Shown piece by piece: positions 46,723 to 56,327 of a stretch of 64,000 nt of DNA. How positions within the stretch are numbered: the stretch's first letter is position 1; every line of letters starts with the position of its first letter. Source of the DNA: Acidimicrobiia bacterium (lineage in GTDB: Bacteria > Actinomycetota > Acidimicrobiia > IMCC26256 > CAWATG01); the NCBI GenBank assembly GCA_046331155.1, contig JAXLRK010000001.1:43012-107011 (forward strand). The letters are read 5' to 3'. Under the pieces are notes generated by a model, which made no database searches, was not told the DNA's origin, and worked only from the letters and a program-made list of their open reading frames with translations. Position numbers and translations under genes: made by a program.

Positions 46723-48748
46723 CCGGCCCGCGCCGCGTCACGCCCGCCATGGGAGCCGGCCCGCTCTTGAAGACCTCGGGCAGAATCCGTTGTGCCGCCC
46801 AGATCGCGGTCTCCGCCGTGAAGTGGCCGCCGTCGGGACGCAGGCGCAGACCCGACACCGTCTCGGGGCACGGGAAGCCGCCGGGGCACACGATCGGCTG
46901 CAACTCGACGAGCCGCACGGAGTCCGGGTGTCGACGGGCGAACTGCCGGAGGAGGTCCTGGAGGTGGTCGATCTGGTCGGCGCCCGACCGGGGCGCCGGA
47001 CCGTAGTCGTTGGGCGCGCGCGGCGCCGGCACCAGGACGACGACCTTCGCGCCCCGGGCGGTCAGCCGAGTCCACGTCTCGTCCATCGACTGCAACAGTG
47101 CGGCGTCGCCTTCGGGCGACCCGAAGTGCAGCCACCGACCGTTCACGCGTCGCTCCGCGGTCTCCCACGTGCTGAGCCACAGCACGAGATCGGGGCGTTG
47201 CTGCTCGACGAGCCGGCGCTGAAAGTCGGGCACGACCTTGACGCAGTTCGCCGACCACGCGAACGGGTTGCCCTGGTCGTCGAGCGAGAACCCGTTCGCC
47301 ACCGGGCAGCCGTCGACGGCACCACGCACGAGATCGATGCCCAACGGGCCGAGGAAGTGCTCGAGGCCGGGTGCCAGGCTGTCGGCCACCGAGTCGCCGA
47401 CGAGGGCGATCCGGTGCACGGCGGGATCCGGGACGATCGCGCCGGGCGCCGCGTCGCGCGACTCCGTCGCGAGGGTCGGGCGGGTGGACGAGGTCGTCGC
47501 CGGCGGCAGCTTCGGGACGATGGCGGCCGCCGGCGCCGCGTACACGGTCGCCGGCGCCACCGCGCCCGAGGTGCTCAGCAGCACCGCCACGGCGCAGACC
47601 GCGAGTGCCGCGGGTGCGACGGTGAGCCCGGCCCGACCACGCACGATCGTGCCCCTCCGGACCGGGAGCTCGAGCAGGTAGTAGGAGACGACGGCGGTCG
47701 CGAACGTCAGCGCGACCTGGAGCGCTTCGAGCGGCAGGCCCTCCAGACCGGTGCGGCGCGGCGTGACCACCACGATGACCACCCAGTGCCAGAGGTAGAG
47801 GCCGTACGAGATGCACCCGATCCACCGCAGCGGGGACCACGAGAGTACGCGGCGCACCGGTGAGCGGCCCGGAGCGACGGCCGAAGCGATCACCACCGTC
47901 ATCGCCAGCGCGAAGAGCAGGAACCCGCCGTGATAGAGGAAGGCGTCGCGGTCGCCGACTCGCACGAACGCGACGACGCACCCGATCCCGAGCAGCGACC
48001 CGGCGACATGCAACACACCCTGGCTCCGGCTGGTCCGGGGTGACCACCGTTCGAGCACCAGTGCGAGCAACGCGCCGACGAGTAGCAGGTGGGCGCGCGT
48101 GTCCGTGCCGTAGTACACGCGCGACGGATCCGCGGCGTCGTAGAGGAGCGCCATCAGCGCGACCGATACTGCGACACCGACCGTGCAGAAGGCGACGAGG
48201 TAGCGCCGCGCGCCGCGACCGATCCGGAGGCAGAGCAGCACGATGATCGGCCAGAGGATGTAGAACTGCTCCTCGATCGCCAGCGACCAGACGTGCCGCA
48301 ACGGCGACGCGGCCTTGAACAGGTCGAAGTAGGACTGGCCCGAGAGCACCAGCCGCCAGTTCTGCACGTAGAACAACGTGGCGAGCCCGTCGCCCCTGAT
48401 GTTGCGGAGCTGATCCGAGGGCACCGCGACCGCGGCGTACACGCACACCGCGAGCACGACGACGAGCAGCGCGGGCAGCAGGCGCCGAGCGCGCCGGACC
48501 CAGAACGCCGACCGGCTGATCGCCCCCGAGCCCGACCATTCGGCGACGAGCAGGCTCGTGATCAGGTAGCCGGAGAGCACGAAGAACGTGTCCACGCCGA
48601 GGAAGCCACCGCTCGCCCAGAGCCCGCGGGGCGCGCCGCCGTTCGGGCGGTAGCTCTCGAGGTGGTAGGCGATGACCGCGAGCACGGCCACGGCGCGGAG
48701 ACCGTCGAGCGCGGGCTTGTACGCGAACCGCGACTCCGAGTTCGTCAC
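46682..48748 (-). CDS. acyltransferase-3 family membrane protein with C-terminal SGNH domain (OafA/YrhL-like)
   Basis: Has 'YKPALDGLRAVAVLAVIAYH' and about 10 TM segments, then the soluble domain 'IALVGDSVADSL'. Its 3' end overlaps the convergent bS22 gene by 41 nt. Confidence 0.8.
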   Translation of the reverse strand: MTNSESRFAYKPALDGLRAVAVLAVIAYHLESYRPNGGAPRGLWASGGFLGVDTFFVLSGYLITSLLVAEWSGSGAISRSAFWVRRARRLLPALLVVVLAVCVYAAVAVPSDQLRNIRGDGLATLFYVQNWRLVLSGQSYFDLFKAASPLRHVWSLAIEEQFYILWPIIVLLCLRIGRGARRYLVAFCTVGVAVSVALMALLYDAADPSRVYYGTDTRAHLLLVGALLALVLERWSPRTSRSQGVLHVAGSLLGIGCVVAFVRVGDRDAFLYHGGFLLFALAMTVVIASAVAPGRSPVRRVLSWSPLRWIGCISYGLYLWHWVVIVVVTPRRTGLEGLPLEALQVALTFATAVVSYYLLELPVRRGTIVRGRAGLTVAPAALAVCAVAVLLSTSGAVAPATVYAAPAAAIVPKLPPATTSSTRPTLATESRDAAPGAIVPDPAVHRIALVGDSVADSLAPGLEHFLGPLGIDLVRGAVDGCPVANGFSLDDQGNPFAWSANCVKVVPDFQRRLVEQQRPDLVLWLSTWETAERRVNGRWLHFGSPEGDAALLQSMDETWTRLTARGAKVVVLVPAPRAPNDYGPAPRSGADQIDHLQDLLRQFARRHPDSVRLVELQPIVCPGGFPCPETVSGLRLRPDGGHFTAETAIWAAQRILPEVFKSGPAPMAGVTRRGPVSGPADDAASASS

Positions 48749-48790
48749 AGATTCACCATTGTGCCATGCCCCGAATGGCGACGAACCGCG

Positions 48791-49645
48791 TCAAAGAACC
48801 CTCGGCAGCGTGGCGCCCGCCCAGGCCCGCACGCCCAACCGATCGGCGAGCCGCGCCGGCAGCTCCCGCCAGCGGTCCGGCTCGTCGTCCACGCAGATCG
48901 CGTAGGCCGAGCCGCTGCCGGCCATGAGGACCGGCCGGCCCGCGATCGCCTCGACGTCCTCCCGGAACGCACGGAGTCGCGGCTCGACGTGCTCGGCCGC
49001 GGGCTCGAGGTCGTTGCGCAGCTCGTCGAGCAGCCCGGCCACCGGCAACGGTGCCGGGACGACCCGACCGGTGCGAGGCCCGCCCAGCTCGTCCCACGCC
49101 CGGTAGACCGCGGGCGTCGGGCACCCGAACGGCGGAACGACCACGACCACCCGCAGGATGCCCGCGAGCTCGACCGGCTCGAGCCGTTCCCCGCGGCCGC
49201 GCATCCGGACGGATCCGCCGGCGAGGCACGCGGGGACGTCCGACCCCAGATGCCCCGCGAGCTCGACGAGCCGTACGTCGGGCACCCCGTACGCACGGCC
49301 CAGCGTACGCAGCACGCCGGCCGCGTCGCTCGAGCCGCCACCGAGGCCCGCGCCGGCGGGGATCTCCTTCCACAGCGCGATCGCCACACCGCGCGGGGCG
49401 CCGACCTCGTCGAGCACACGCCGGGCGGCGAGCACCGCGAGGTTGGCGTCGGTAGCCGGCACCCCGCCCGCCGCCGGCCCCCGGACCTCGATCGAGACAC
49501 CGCGTGTGGCGTCGACCACGGTCAGGGTGTCGTGTGGGTCGTCGAGCGCGACCGCGAGGGCGTCGAGCTCGTGGTACCCGTCGTCGCGGACCCCCTCGAC
49601 GTGCAACGACAGCGTCAGCTTCGCCGGCGCGAACACCTCGTTCAC
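48791..49645 (-). CDS. ispE: 4-(cytidine 5'-diphospho)-2-C-methyl-D-erythritol kinase
   Basis: Has 'APAKLTLSLHV' and 'IPAGAGLGGGSSDAA'. The GTG at 49645 overlaps the rsmA stop (GTGA). Confidence 0.9.
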   Translation of the reverse strand: MNEVFAPAKLTLSLHVEGVRDDGYHELDALAVALDDPHDTLTVVDATRGVSIEVRGPAAGGVPATDANLAVLAARRVLDEVGAPRGVAIALWKEIPAGAGLGGGSSDAAGVLRTLGRAYGVPDVRLVELAGHLGSDVPACLAGGSVRMRGRGERLEPVELAGILRVVVVVPPFGCPTPAVYRAWDELGGPRTGRVVPAPLPVAGLLDELRNDLEPAAEHVEPRLRAFREDVEAIAGRPVLMAGSGSAYAICVDDEPDRWRELPARLADRLGVRAWAGATLPRVL

Positions 49646-50532
49646 GCGCCCGCCTCGCCGACCGCACCGGCGAGGCGCGCCCACCCGTCCAGCGTGACGG
49701 TCTCCGCCCGGGCTCGGGGGTCGATCCCCGCCGCCTCGAGCACCGCGACCGTTCGATCGCCGAGCAGCCCGCGCAACGCCTGGCGCAGCATCTTGCGGCG
49801 ATGGGCGAACCCGGCGCGCACCAGCGCGAACAGCCGCTCCGGGTCCGCGACGTCCACCGGAGGGTCGCGATGACGCCGGACGCGGACCAGGGCGGACTCG
49901 ACCTTCGGCGGAGGCACGAAGACGCTCGGTGGAACGATGCCGACGACCGCCGCCTCGCCGTAGTAGCCGACCTTGACCGTCACGGCTCCGTACGCGGCGG
50001 TCCCGACGGGTGCCGCGAGCCGCTCCCCTACCTCGCGCTGGACCATGACCAGCAGCTCGTCGACGCGGGGCGCGGTCTCGAGGACCCTGACGACCAGCGG
50101 AGTCGCGACGTTGTACGGCAGGTTGGCGACGAGCTTCCAGCGAGCAGTGCCGGGCTCCCGCGCCGCGAGCAGCCCGTCGAGGTCCTCGGCGAGCGCGTCG
50201 CCGACGACGACATCGAGTGCGCTACCCACCGGTACCACGGCCCGCAACGCGGGGACCACGTGCCGGTCGAGCTCGAGCGCCAGGACCCGGCCGCCCGCCT
50301 CGAGCAACGCCAGGGTCAGCGAGCCGAGCCCCGGGCCGATCTCCAGGACGCGGTCATCGGCGGCGACCCCGGCGAGGCGGACGATGCGCCGGGCCGTGTT
50401 GGGATCGGCGAGGAAGTGCTGGCCGAGTCCGCGGCTCGGCGCCAGGTCGTGCTCGTCGAGCAGCGCGCGCACGCGGCTCGGTGTCAGCAGGGTCACCTGG
50501 TCATCGTCGCGCTCGCCCGGTGCCGCCGGCAC
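49642..50532 (-). CDS. rsmA: 16S rRNA (adenine1518/1519-N6)-dimethyltransferase
   Basis: Has 'GQHFLADPNTARRIV', 'VLEIGPGLGSLT' and 'VANLPYNVATP'. Confidence 0.95.
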   Translation of the reverse strand: MPAAPGERDDDQVTLLTPSRVRALLDEHDLAPSRGLGQHFLADPNTARRIVRLAGVAADDRVLEIGPGLGSLTLALLEAGGRVLALELDRHVVPALRAVVPVGSALDVVVGDALAEDLDGLLAAREPGTARWKLVANLPYNVATPLVVRVLETAPRVDELLVMVQREVGERLAAPVGTAAYGAVTVKVGYYGEAAVVGIVPPSVFVPPPKVESALVRVRRHRDPPVDVADPERLFALVRAGFAHRRKMLRQALRGLLGDRTVAVLEAAGIDPRARAETVTLDGWARLAGAVGEAGA

Positions 50533-50556
50533 GACGCGGCGCCCGGGCGGGCGCCG

Positions 50557-52230
50557 TCACCACTCGGCGCGGACCGTGATGACACCCGAGGTGCTCGGCG
50601 CGAGCTTGGCGAAGACGTCGCGCGACAGGTCGAGGATGCGACCGCCGCCGAACGGGCCACGGTCGGCGACCATGCAGGTGGTCCAGACACCCGTTGCGGT
50701 GTTCGTCACCTTGACGACCGTGCCCTTGGCGATCGTCTTGTGGGCGCACGTTCCCGGCGTGAACGCGTACCAGCTCGCCTTGCCCGTCTCGGTGTGGGTG
50801 GTGGCGGCCGACGCCGGCGTCGGGGCCGATCGCGCGCCCGCGGCCGATGCCGGTGGGGTCCGGGGCGCGGCCGGGGCCTTGGCCCCCACCGCGATCACCT
50901 GCGCCACCGCCGGCTGCTGCACCACGGACGAGATCTTCTGGCGGTCCACCACCTGCCCGTCGTGCGTGGTGAGCCGGAACGTGTCCAGGGTCGTGCCGGC
51001 ACGACCGGGCTGCGTCGTGCGGCGCTGCCCGACCGGCAGCGTTCCGTCCTCGACGTACTGCACGGGCATCGGGATCGCGCGCCGCTCGGTCGTGTACTGG
51101 CCCGCGACGCGCACGACCTGCACCGCGGTACCCGTCGTGAGAAGGGTGTCCGAGGCCGGCGTGACGATGTCGCTCGCACCGACGACCACGTGCGCGTCGG
51201 CGAGCAGCTCCGCGACGGTCCGGGCGCTGGCGGTCGACGCGGTCGTGCTGCCGTCGACCGTGAGCGTGACACGCCGCGGGGTCCGGAACGCGAGCACCGC
51301 GCCCTTGGTGACCTCGGTGCCCCGAGCCAGGAGCGTGGGGCGGAGCCCGAGCTGCTCGCGCACCGCGTCGACCGAGGTGGCCGACGTGAGCACGGTCCGG
51401 CCGGCGCCGTCGACCTCGACCGTGACCGGCACCGCCCGGGTCACTGCGATCGTGGTGCCCTGGCGGACCGGCGCGAGGAGCGACGGAGCCACCCGGTCGA
51501 ACCCGCCGAGCCGGATCCCGCTGGCGGCGAGCGCGTCGCCGACCGTCGACGCGCGGACGCGGTGCGACGCGCTGACGCCGTCGACCGCGATTCGAACGGT
51601 GGTCTCCCTGCGGCCGAATAGCCGGGGCCACGCCGTGGCGACCAGGAGCGCGACGGCGAAGGCCGTCGCGAGCAGCGCGGCGCGGTGTCGGGCTCGTCGA
51701 GAGCGGCGGGCGCGGGCCAGGGTGGCACGAGAAGGTGCGGTCGCCCCGACCGGCGCGGCGCGCAGCTCCACCAGCTCGCTCGGGTGGTACGAGCGCCCGG
51801 GCGCCGCGGGCGGGACTTCGAGCGGAGTGGCGAGCGGACGGGCCGCGGGCCCAGCTCCGTCGGGCTCGGCCGGTTCCGGCCCGACGAGCGCGGCCACCTC
51901 GCGCTCCAGGTCGGCGATCGCGGCGTCGACGTCGATCTCGATGAGGGTCACGGCCGGGTCGAGGTCGGGATCGCGCTCGGCCTCGGTCGCGGTCGGGAGA
52001 CGGATCGCGGTGGTCTGACCCGAGTCGACGAGGAGGTCGAGGTCGAAGAGCTCGTCGAGCTCGGGGAGCACGTCGACGTCGGGGAGCGGGAGCCACGAAC
52101 CGGGCTCGGCGGGACGGGCCCGGCCCGGTGACTGGCGTACGGCGCGCACGACGTGACGTGGCAACGCGTACCGCCGGATGCGACCGTCACGGTTGTGTCC
52201 TGCCGCGTGCCGCGACGTCGATGGCCTCAC
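50557..52230 (-). CDS. DUF348-repeat / G5 / RlpA-like double-psi beta-barrel cell-wall protein (YabE-like; occupies the rpfB slot)
   Basis: TM 'AALLATAFAVALLVATAW', repeated 'V.V.VDG' DUF348-like modules, a G5-like region, and the C-terminal 'GKASWYAF ... CAHKT ... VADRGPFGGGRILDLS'. The start is uncertain. Confidence 0.7.
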   Translation of the reverse strand: MRPSTSRHAAGHNRDGRIRRYALPRHVVRAVRQSPGRARPAEPGSWLPLPDVDVLPELDELFDLDLLVDSGQTTAIRLPTATEAERDPDLDPAVTLIEIDVDAAIADLEREVAALVGPEPAEPDGAGPAARPLATPLEVPPAAPGRSYHPSELVELRAAPVGATAPSRATLARARRSRRARHRAALLATAFAVALLVATAWPRLFGRRETTVRIAVDGVSASHRVRASTVGDALAASGIRLGGFDRVAPSLLAPVRQGTTIAVTRAVPVTVEVDGAGRTVLTSATSVDAVREQLGLRPTLLARGTEVTKGAVLAFRTPRRVTLTVDGSTTASTASARTVAELLADAHVVVGASDIVTPASDTLLTTGTAVQVVRVAGQYTTERRAIPMPVQYVEDGTLPVGQRRTTQPGRAGTTLDTFRLTTHDGQVVDRQKISSVVQQPAVAQVIAVGAKAPAAPRTPPASAAGARSAPTPASAATTHTETGKASWYAFTPGTCAHKTIAKGTVVKVTNTATGVWTTCMVADRGPFGGGRILDLSRDVFAKLAPSTSGVITVRAEW

Positions 52231-52381
52231 GTGCTCCGCGATCGGGTCCGCCCTTCCCGCGACGAGTCACACCGAAGTGATCGGGAGACCCCGCCAACAG
52301 CCGGGGACTCGCGTACCGGCCGGGGTCCTGGTGCGCGGCACCGTACCGAGGCCGCGGTCCGACGGACAACCATTCTGGAAG

Positions 52382-52418
52382 GTTCTCCCAGTCAATCTCG
52401 GGTGTGACCTGGGAGAAC
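52382..52418 (-). terminator. hairpin 5 nt downstream of tatD stop (weak terminator candidate, no clear U-tract)
   Basis: gttctcccag (52382..52391) pairs with ctgggagaac (52409..52418), forming a 10-bp stem with a 17-nt loop. Confidence 0.3.
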
Positions 52419-52423
52419 GTCCC

Positions 52424-53230
52424 TCAGATTTCTTTCGGCGGGAACGCCGCGCGGGCGTTCTCGGCGGTGGCCCGCGCGACGACCTCCGGCGCAGCCCCCC
52501 GGGTGACGGCGACCGCCTCGCCGACCAGGCCGACGAGCGCGGGCTCGTTCGGCTTCCCGCGGTGCGGCTCGGGTGACAGATACGGCGCGTCGGTCTCGAC
52601 CAGCATCCGATCGAGCGGGGTGAGCGCGACGGCCTCCCGGAGCTCGTCGGCGTTCCTGAAGCTCACGATGCCGCTGAACGACAACGACGCGCCGAGGTCG
52701 AGCGCGCGGCGCGCTTCGGCCGGCCCGCCGGTGAAGCAGTGGAACACCGTGCGCCCCGGCGCGCCTTCCTCGCCGAGCACCCGGAAGGTGTCGTCCCAGG
52801 CGTCACGGGTGTGGATCACGAGCGCGAGGTCGAGGCGCTTGGCCAGCCGGATCTGCCATCGGAACGCCGCTTCCTGCTCGCTGCGGGGCGAGTGCTCGTA
52901 GTAGAGGTCGAAACCGGCTTCGCCGATGGCGACGACCCGGTCGCTCTGCGCGAGCGGCTCGAGGCGCCCCCACTCGGCGGCGAGCTTCGACGCGTCGTGC
53001 GGGTGCAGCCCCACCGTCGCGAGGACCTCGGGGAACCGGCCCGCGAGCTGCACCGCCTGCATCGACGTCTCGAGGTCGGTGCCGACGCACACCATCGTCT
53101 CCACCCCGGCCTCACGAGCGCGGGCGATGGCGGCGTCCGCGCCGCCCTCGACGGACTGGAGGTGGCAGTGGCTGTCCACCCAACCGAGGCGTTGGGGGCG
53201 GTCGGGACCGCGCGGCGCGGCGACGCTCAC
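52424..53230 (-). CDS. TatD-family metal-dependent hydrolase
   Basis: Has 'WVDSHCHL', 'VIHTRDAWDD' and 'LLVETDAPYLSP'. The GTG at 53230 overlaps the metG stop (GTGA). Confidence 0.9.
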   Translation of the reverse strand: MSVAAPRGPDRPQRLGWVDSHCHLQSVEGGADAAIARAREAGVETMVCVGTDLETSMQAVQLAGRFPEVLATVGLHPHDASKLAAEWGRLEPLAQSDRVVAIGEAGFDLYYEHSPRSEQEAAFRWQIRLAKRLDLALVIHTRDAWDDTFRVLGEEGAPGRTVFHCFTGGPAEARRALDLGASLSFSGIVSFRNADELREAVALTPLDRMLVETDAPYLSPEPHRGKPNEPALVGLVGEAVAVTRGAAPEVVARATAENARAAFPPKEI

Positions 53231-54750
53231 GCCTGCGCCTCGATACGTGGGAACAGGGGCCGGCCCTTCTCGAGTCGGTTGCCCGCCGGCAGTTGCCCCC
53301 ATCTCGCGGCCTCGGGCAGACGCTGGTCCTCGGGGCCGTCCGCGTGGCCGAGCCGGCGCCACAGCTCCTCGCACGCCCGCGGGATCAGGGGCGACGCGAG
53401 CACCGCCACGATCCGCAGCGCCTCGAGGCAGTCGCCGAGCACCCGCGCGGTTCCGGCGGCGTCACCCGCCTTGTGCAGCGCCCACGGCCGGCGATCCTCG
53501 ATGAACGCGTTCGTCGCGCCGATGAGATCCCATACCGCGCCGAAGCCCCCGTGGAAGTCGAGCCGGTGCATGCCCGCGGCCAACCCGTCGAACGCGGCCG
53601 CCGCCGCGCCGACGAGCGGCCCGTCGGCCCGAGCGTCGGGCACCACCCCGCCGCAGTAGGTGACCGCCATGTTCAGCACCCGGCTGGCGAGATTGCCGAA
53701 GTTGTTGGCCAGGTCCGCGTTGTACCGCCCCACCATCGCCTCGTAGCTGAAGTCGCCGTCGGGCCCGAACCGCTGGTCGGTGAGGAAGTGGTAGCGAAAC
53801 CCGTCGACGCCGAACTCGGCGACGAGGTCGGCGGGCGCGATCTGGTTCAGCCGGGTCTTGCTCATCTTCTCGCCCCCCACGAGCAGCCATCCGTGCGCGA
53901 ACACGCACCGGGGTAGCGGCATCCCGGCCGCCATCAGCATGGCCGGCCAGTACACGGCGTGGAAGCGGAGGATGTCCTTGCCCACGAGGTGGTAGTCGAC
54001 GGGCCAGTAGCGGTCGAAGCGAGCCGCCTCACTGCCGTATCCGATCGCGGTGCAGTAGTTGAACAGGGCGTCGAACCACACGTAGGTGACGTGCCGCTCG
54101 TCCCACGGCAGCGGGATCCCCCAGTCGATCGAAGTGCGGCTCATCGAGAAGTCGCGCAAGCCCTGCCGGATGAAGCCGAGCACCTCGTTGCGACGGCTCT
54201 CCGGTTGCACGGCGTCCGGGTGCTCGGCGTAGTGGTCGAGCAGATCCTGCTCGAAGCGCGACAGCTTGAAGAAGTAGTTCTCCTCGACGACCCGCTCGAC
54301 GGGCCGGCCGTGGATCGGGCAGTTGCCGTCGACGAGCTCGTCGTCCGCGTAGTACGCCTCGCACGCCACGCAGTACCGGCCCTCGTACGTACCGAGTTCG
54401 ATGTGACCGTTGTCATAGACGACCTGGAGGAACTGCTGCACCGCCGCGTGGTGGCGCGCTTCGGTGGTGCGGATGAAGTCGTCGTAGCGGATGTCGAGCA
54501 GGGACCACGCCTCGCGAAACCGCTCGCTCGTCGTGTCGGCCCACTGTTGGGGCGTCACGCCCTGTGCCTGAGCGGCCTGGGCAACCTTCAGACCGTGCTC
54601 GTCCGTACCGGTCAAATAGAACACGTCGTCGCCCCAGAGGCGCCGCCAGCGCGTCAGCACGTCGCCCGCGACGGTCGTGTACGCGTGCCCGATGTGGGGT
54701 ACGTCGTTCACGTAGTAGATGGGCGTCGTCGCGTAGAACCGGTCGACCAT
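53227..54750 (-). CDS. metG: methionine--tRNA ligase
   Basis: Has 'PIYYVNDVPHIGHAYT' (HIGH), 'KMSKT' and the Cys knuckles 'CVACEAYY ... CPIHG'. I chose the ATG at 54750. Confidence 0.95.
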   Translation of the reverse strand: MVDRFYATTPIYYVNDVPHIGHAYTTVAGDVLTRWRRLWGDDVFYLTGTDEHGLKVAQAAQAQGVTPQQWADTTSERFREAWSLLDIRYDDFIRTTEARHHAAVQQFLQVVYDNGHIELGTYEGRYCVACEAYYADDELVDGNCPIHGRPVERVVEENYFFKLSRFEQDLLDHYAEHPDAVQPESRRNEVLGFIRQGLRDFSMSRTSIDWGIPLPWDERHVTYVWFDALFNYCTAIGYGSEAARFDRYWPVDYHLVGKDILRFHAVYWPAMLMAAGMPLPRCVFAHGWLLVGGEKMSKTRLNQIAPADLVAEFGVDGFRYHFLTDQRFGPDGDFSYEAMVGRYNADLANNFGNLASRVLNMAVTYCGGVVPDARADGPLVGAAAAAFDGLAAGMHRLDFHGGFGAVWDLIGATNAFIEDRRPWALHKAGDAAGTARVLGDCLEALRIVAVLASPLIPRACEELWRRLGHADGPEDQRLPEAARWGQLPAGNRLEKGRPLFPRIEAQA

Positions 54751-54817
54751 GCGTGGCCTACCATACCGAGCACCCCCGGCAAGCGAGGACGCATTGACCT
54801 CACTGAAGAACATCGGC

Positions 54818-55051
54818 ATGGCCCGGAAGGTCGACCAGCTCGGACGGATCGTGTTGCCCTCGGAGCTCCGCCGCCTGTTCGGGATCCGCGAAGGCGACCT
54901 GGTCGAGATCTACGTGGAGAACGAGCGGATCGTGCTCAGCAAGCTCGAGGACCGCTGTGTCTTCTGCGGATCCACGGTCGACCTGCGCGAGTTCTCGGGC
55001 AAGCTCGTGTGCACGACCTGCGTCGACAAGCTCACGGCGCCCGCCGCCTGA
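54818..55051 (+). CDS. abrB: AbrB-family transition-state-regulator-like DNA-binding protein with C-terminal Cys4 zinc ribbon
   Basis: 'RKVDQLGRIVLPSELRRLFGIREGDLVEIYVENERIVLSK' closely matches B. subtilis AbrB 'RKVDELGRVVIPIELRRTLGIAEKDALEIYVDDEKIILKK' (from memory). It is followed by 'CVFCGS...CTTC'. It lies divergent from metG, as in Bacillus. Confidence 0.8.
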   Translation: MARKVDQLGRIVLPSELRRLFGIREGDLVEIYVENERIVLSKLEDRCVFCGSTVDLREFSGKLVCTTCVDKLTAPAA

Positions 55052-55877
55052 GCGCGACCGCCCGGTCGTAGGCCGCCCGCCTGGCGATCCCGAGCGACGC
55101 GGCCACGGCGGCCGCCGCGTCCCGCGCCGACGCCCCGGCGCCGAGCTCTGCGAGCAGCGCCGCGTCGATCTCGTCGCCGGTGGGCGCGGGTGTGGTCGCC
55201 GGTGGGGCGGGGCCGACCACGATGACGTGCTCGCCCTTGCGCTCCGACCAGTCGCGCGCCTCGCCGACCGTCCCGCGCCACACCTCCTCGTGCAGCTTGG
55301 TCAGCTCCCGGGCAACGGCCACGGGCCGGTCGTCGCCGCACGCATCGGCGAGGTCCCGCAGCGTCGCCGCGACGCGCCGCGGCGACTCGAACAGGACGGT
55401 GGTCCGGTCGTCGCCGCCGATCGCGCCGAGCCGGGCCCGTCGCTCCGGCCCCTTGCGGGGCAGGAATCCCTCGAACGCGAAGCGGTCGGTCGGGAGTCCC
55501 GAGAGCACGAGCGCCGTGAGCAGCGCGCTGGCCCCGGGCACGACCTCGACGGCCAGGCCGGCGTCGAGGACGGCCCGGACCAGGACGGCACCCGGGTCCG
55601 AGACGCCCGGCATCCCGGCGTCGGTGACGTAGGCCACCCGCTTGCCGTCGCGCACGAGCTCGACCAGGTCCGGCGCGGTCGCGCGTTCGTTGTGCGCGTG
55701 AAGCGCGCGCAACCGGCCGGCCGCGGGGATGCGTGCGTGCGCGAGGAGCGTCCGCGTGCGCCGGGTGTCCTCGGCGGCGATGACGTCCGCCTCGCGCAAC
55801 GTGTCGACGGCTCGGGCCGTGAGGTCGCCGAGGTTGCCGATCGGGGTGGCGACGAGCACGAGCGCTCCCGCCGTCAC
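55032..55877 (-). CDS. rsmI: 16S rRNA (cytidine1402-2'-O)-methyltransferase
   Basis: Has 'LVLVATPIGNLGDLT', 'EDTRRT' and 'DAGMPGVSDPG'. The GTG at 55877 overlaps the DUF192 stop. Confidence 0.9.
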   Translation of the reverse strand: MTAGALVLVATPIGNLGDLTARAVDTLREADVIAAEDTRRTRTLLAHARIPAAGRLRALHAHNERATAPDLVELVRDGKRVAYVTDAGMPGVSDPGAVLVRAVLDAGLAVEVVPGASALLTALVLSGLPTDRFAFEGFLPRKGPERRARLGAIGGDDRTTVLFESPRRVAATLRDLADACGDDRPVAVARELTKLHEEVWRGTVGEARDWSERKGEHVIVVGPAPPATTPAPTGDEIDAALLAELGAGASARDAAAAVAASLGIARRAAYDRAVALRRRAP

Positions 55878-56203
55878 TCCTTGACCTCGACCACGTCCCC
55901 CGGCCGCAGGCGCCATCGCTCGAACGCTCCCGCCGCCGCCTCGATCGCCATCGCCGAGTCCCGGACCGGAGCCGAGACACGCCTCCTCTGCACCGTCGTG
56001 ACCCGCAGCACCCGGCCGAACCGGTCGCAGAACGCGACGTCGATCGGGAACCGAACGCCGAACGTGTGGACCTGGCGGCAGGGCCGGAGCACGAGGGCAC
56101 CGTCCAGCCTCTCGCGCCCGATCAGCCCGCGACGACGGGCGGAGCGAGACACCGCGAGCTCCGCGGCCGCCAGCACCTCGCCGTCGCGCACGATCCAGGT
56201 CAT
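55874..56203 (-). CDS. DUF192-domain protein
   Basis: 109 aa with 'RRRGLIGRERLDGALVL ... VHTFGVRFPIDVAFCD'. Confidence 0.7.
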   Translation of the reverse strand: MTWIVRDGEVLAAAELAVSRSARRRGLIGRERLDGALVLRPCRQVHTFGVRFPIDVAFCDRFGRVLRVTTVQRRRVSAPVRDSAMAIEAAAGAFERWRLRPGDVVEVKE

Positions 56204-56327
56204 CGCCGCGACGTTAGAACGGCCGGACGGGACCCGGAAACCTCGGCGCCACGGCCTTCCGTGTCATTCAGGTGACGCCACGCGTCGCATTTCCTCCACA
56301 GAACGGGGCACGCGGGTCGGACGCGGG

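Noticed and set aside
52231-52423. c-di-AMP (ydaO-type) riboswitch upstream of the rpfB-slot gene, and likewise upstream of the NlpC/P60 gene (14115..14346)
   Set aside because: Such riboswitches often precede actinobacterial cell-wall hydrolases, so I looked for the conserved cores (for example GGGGUGAAUC and CAGCUAACCUCGUA-like segments). I could not find them. Only vague CCCGAUC repeats are present. A covariance-model scan would be needed to be sure.
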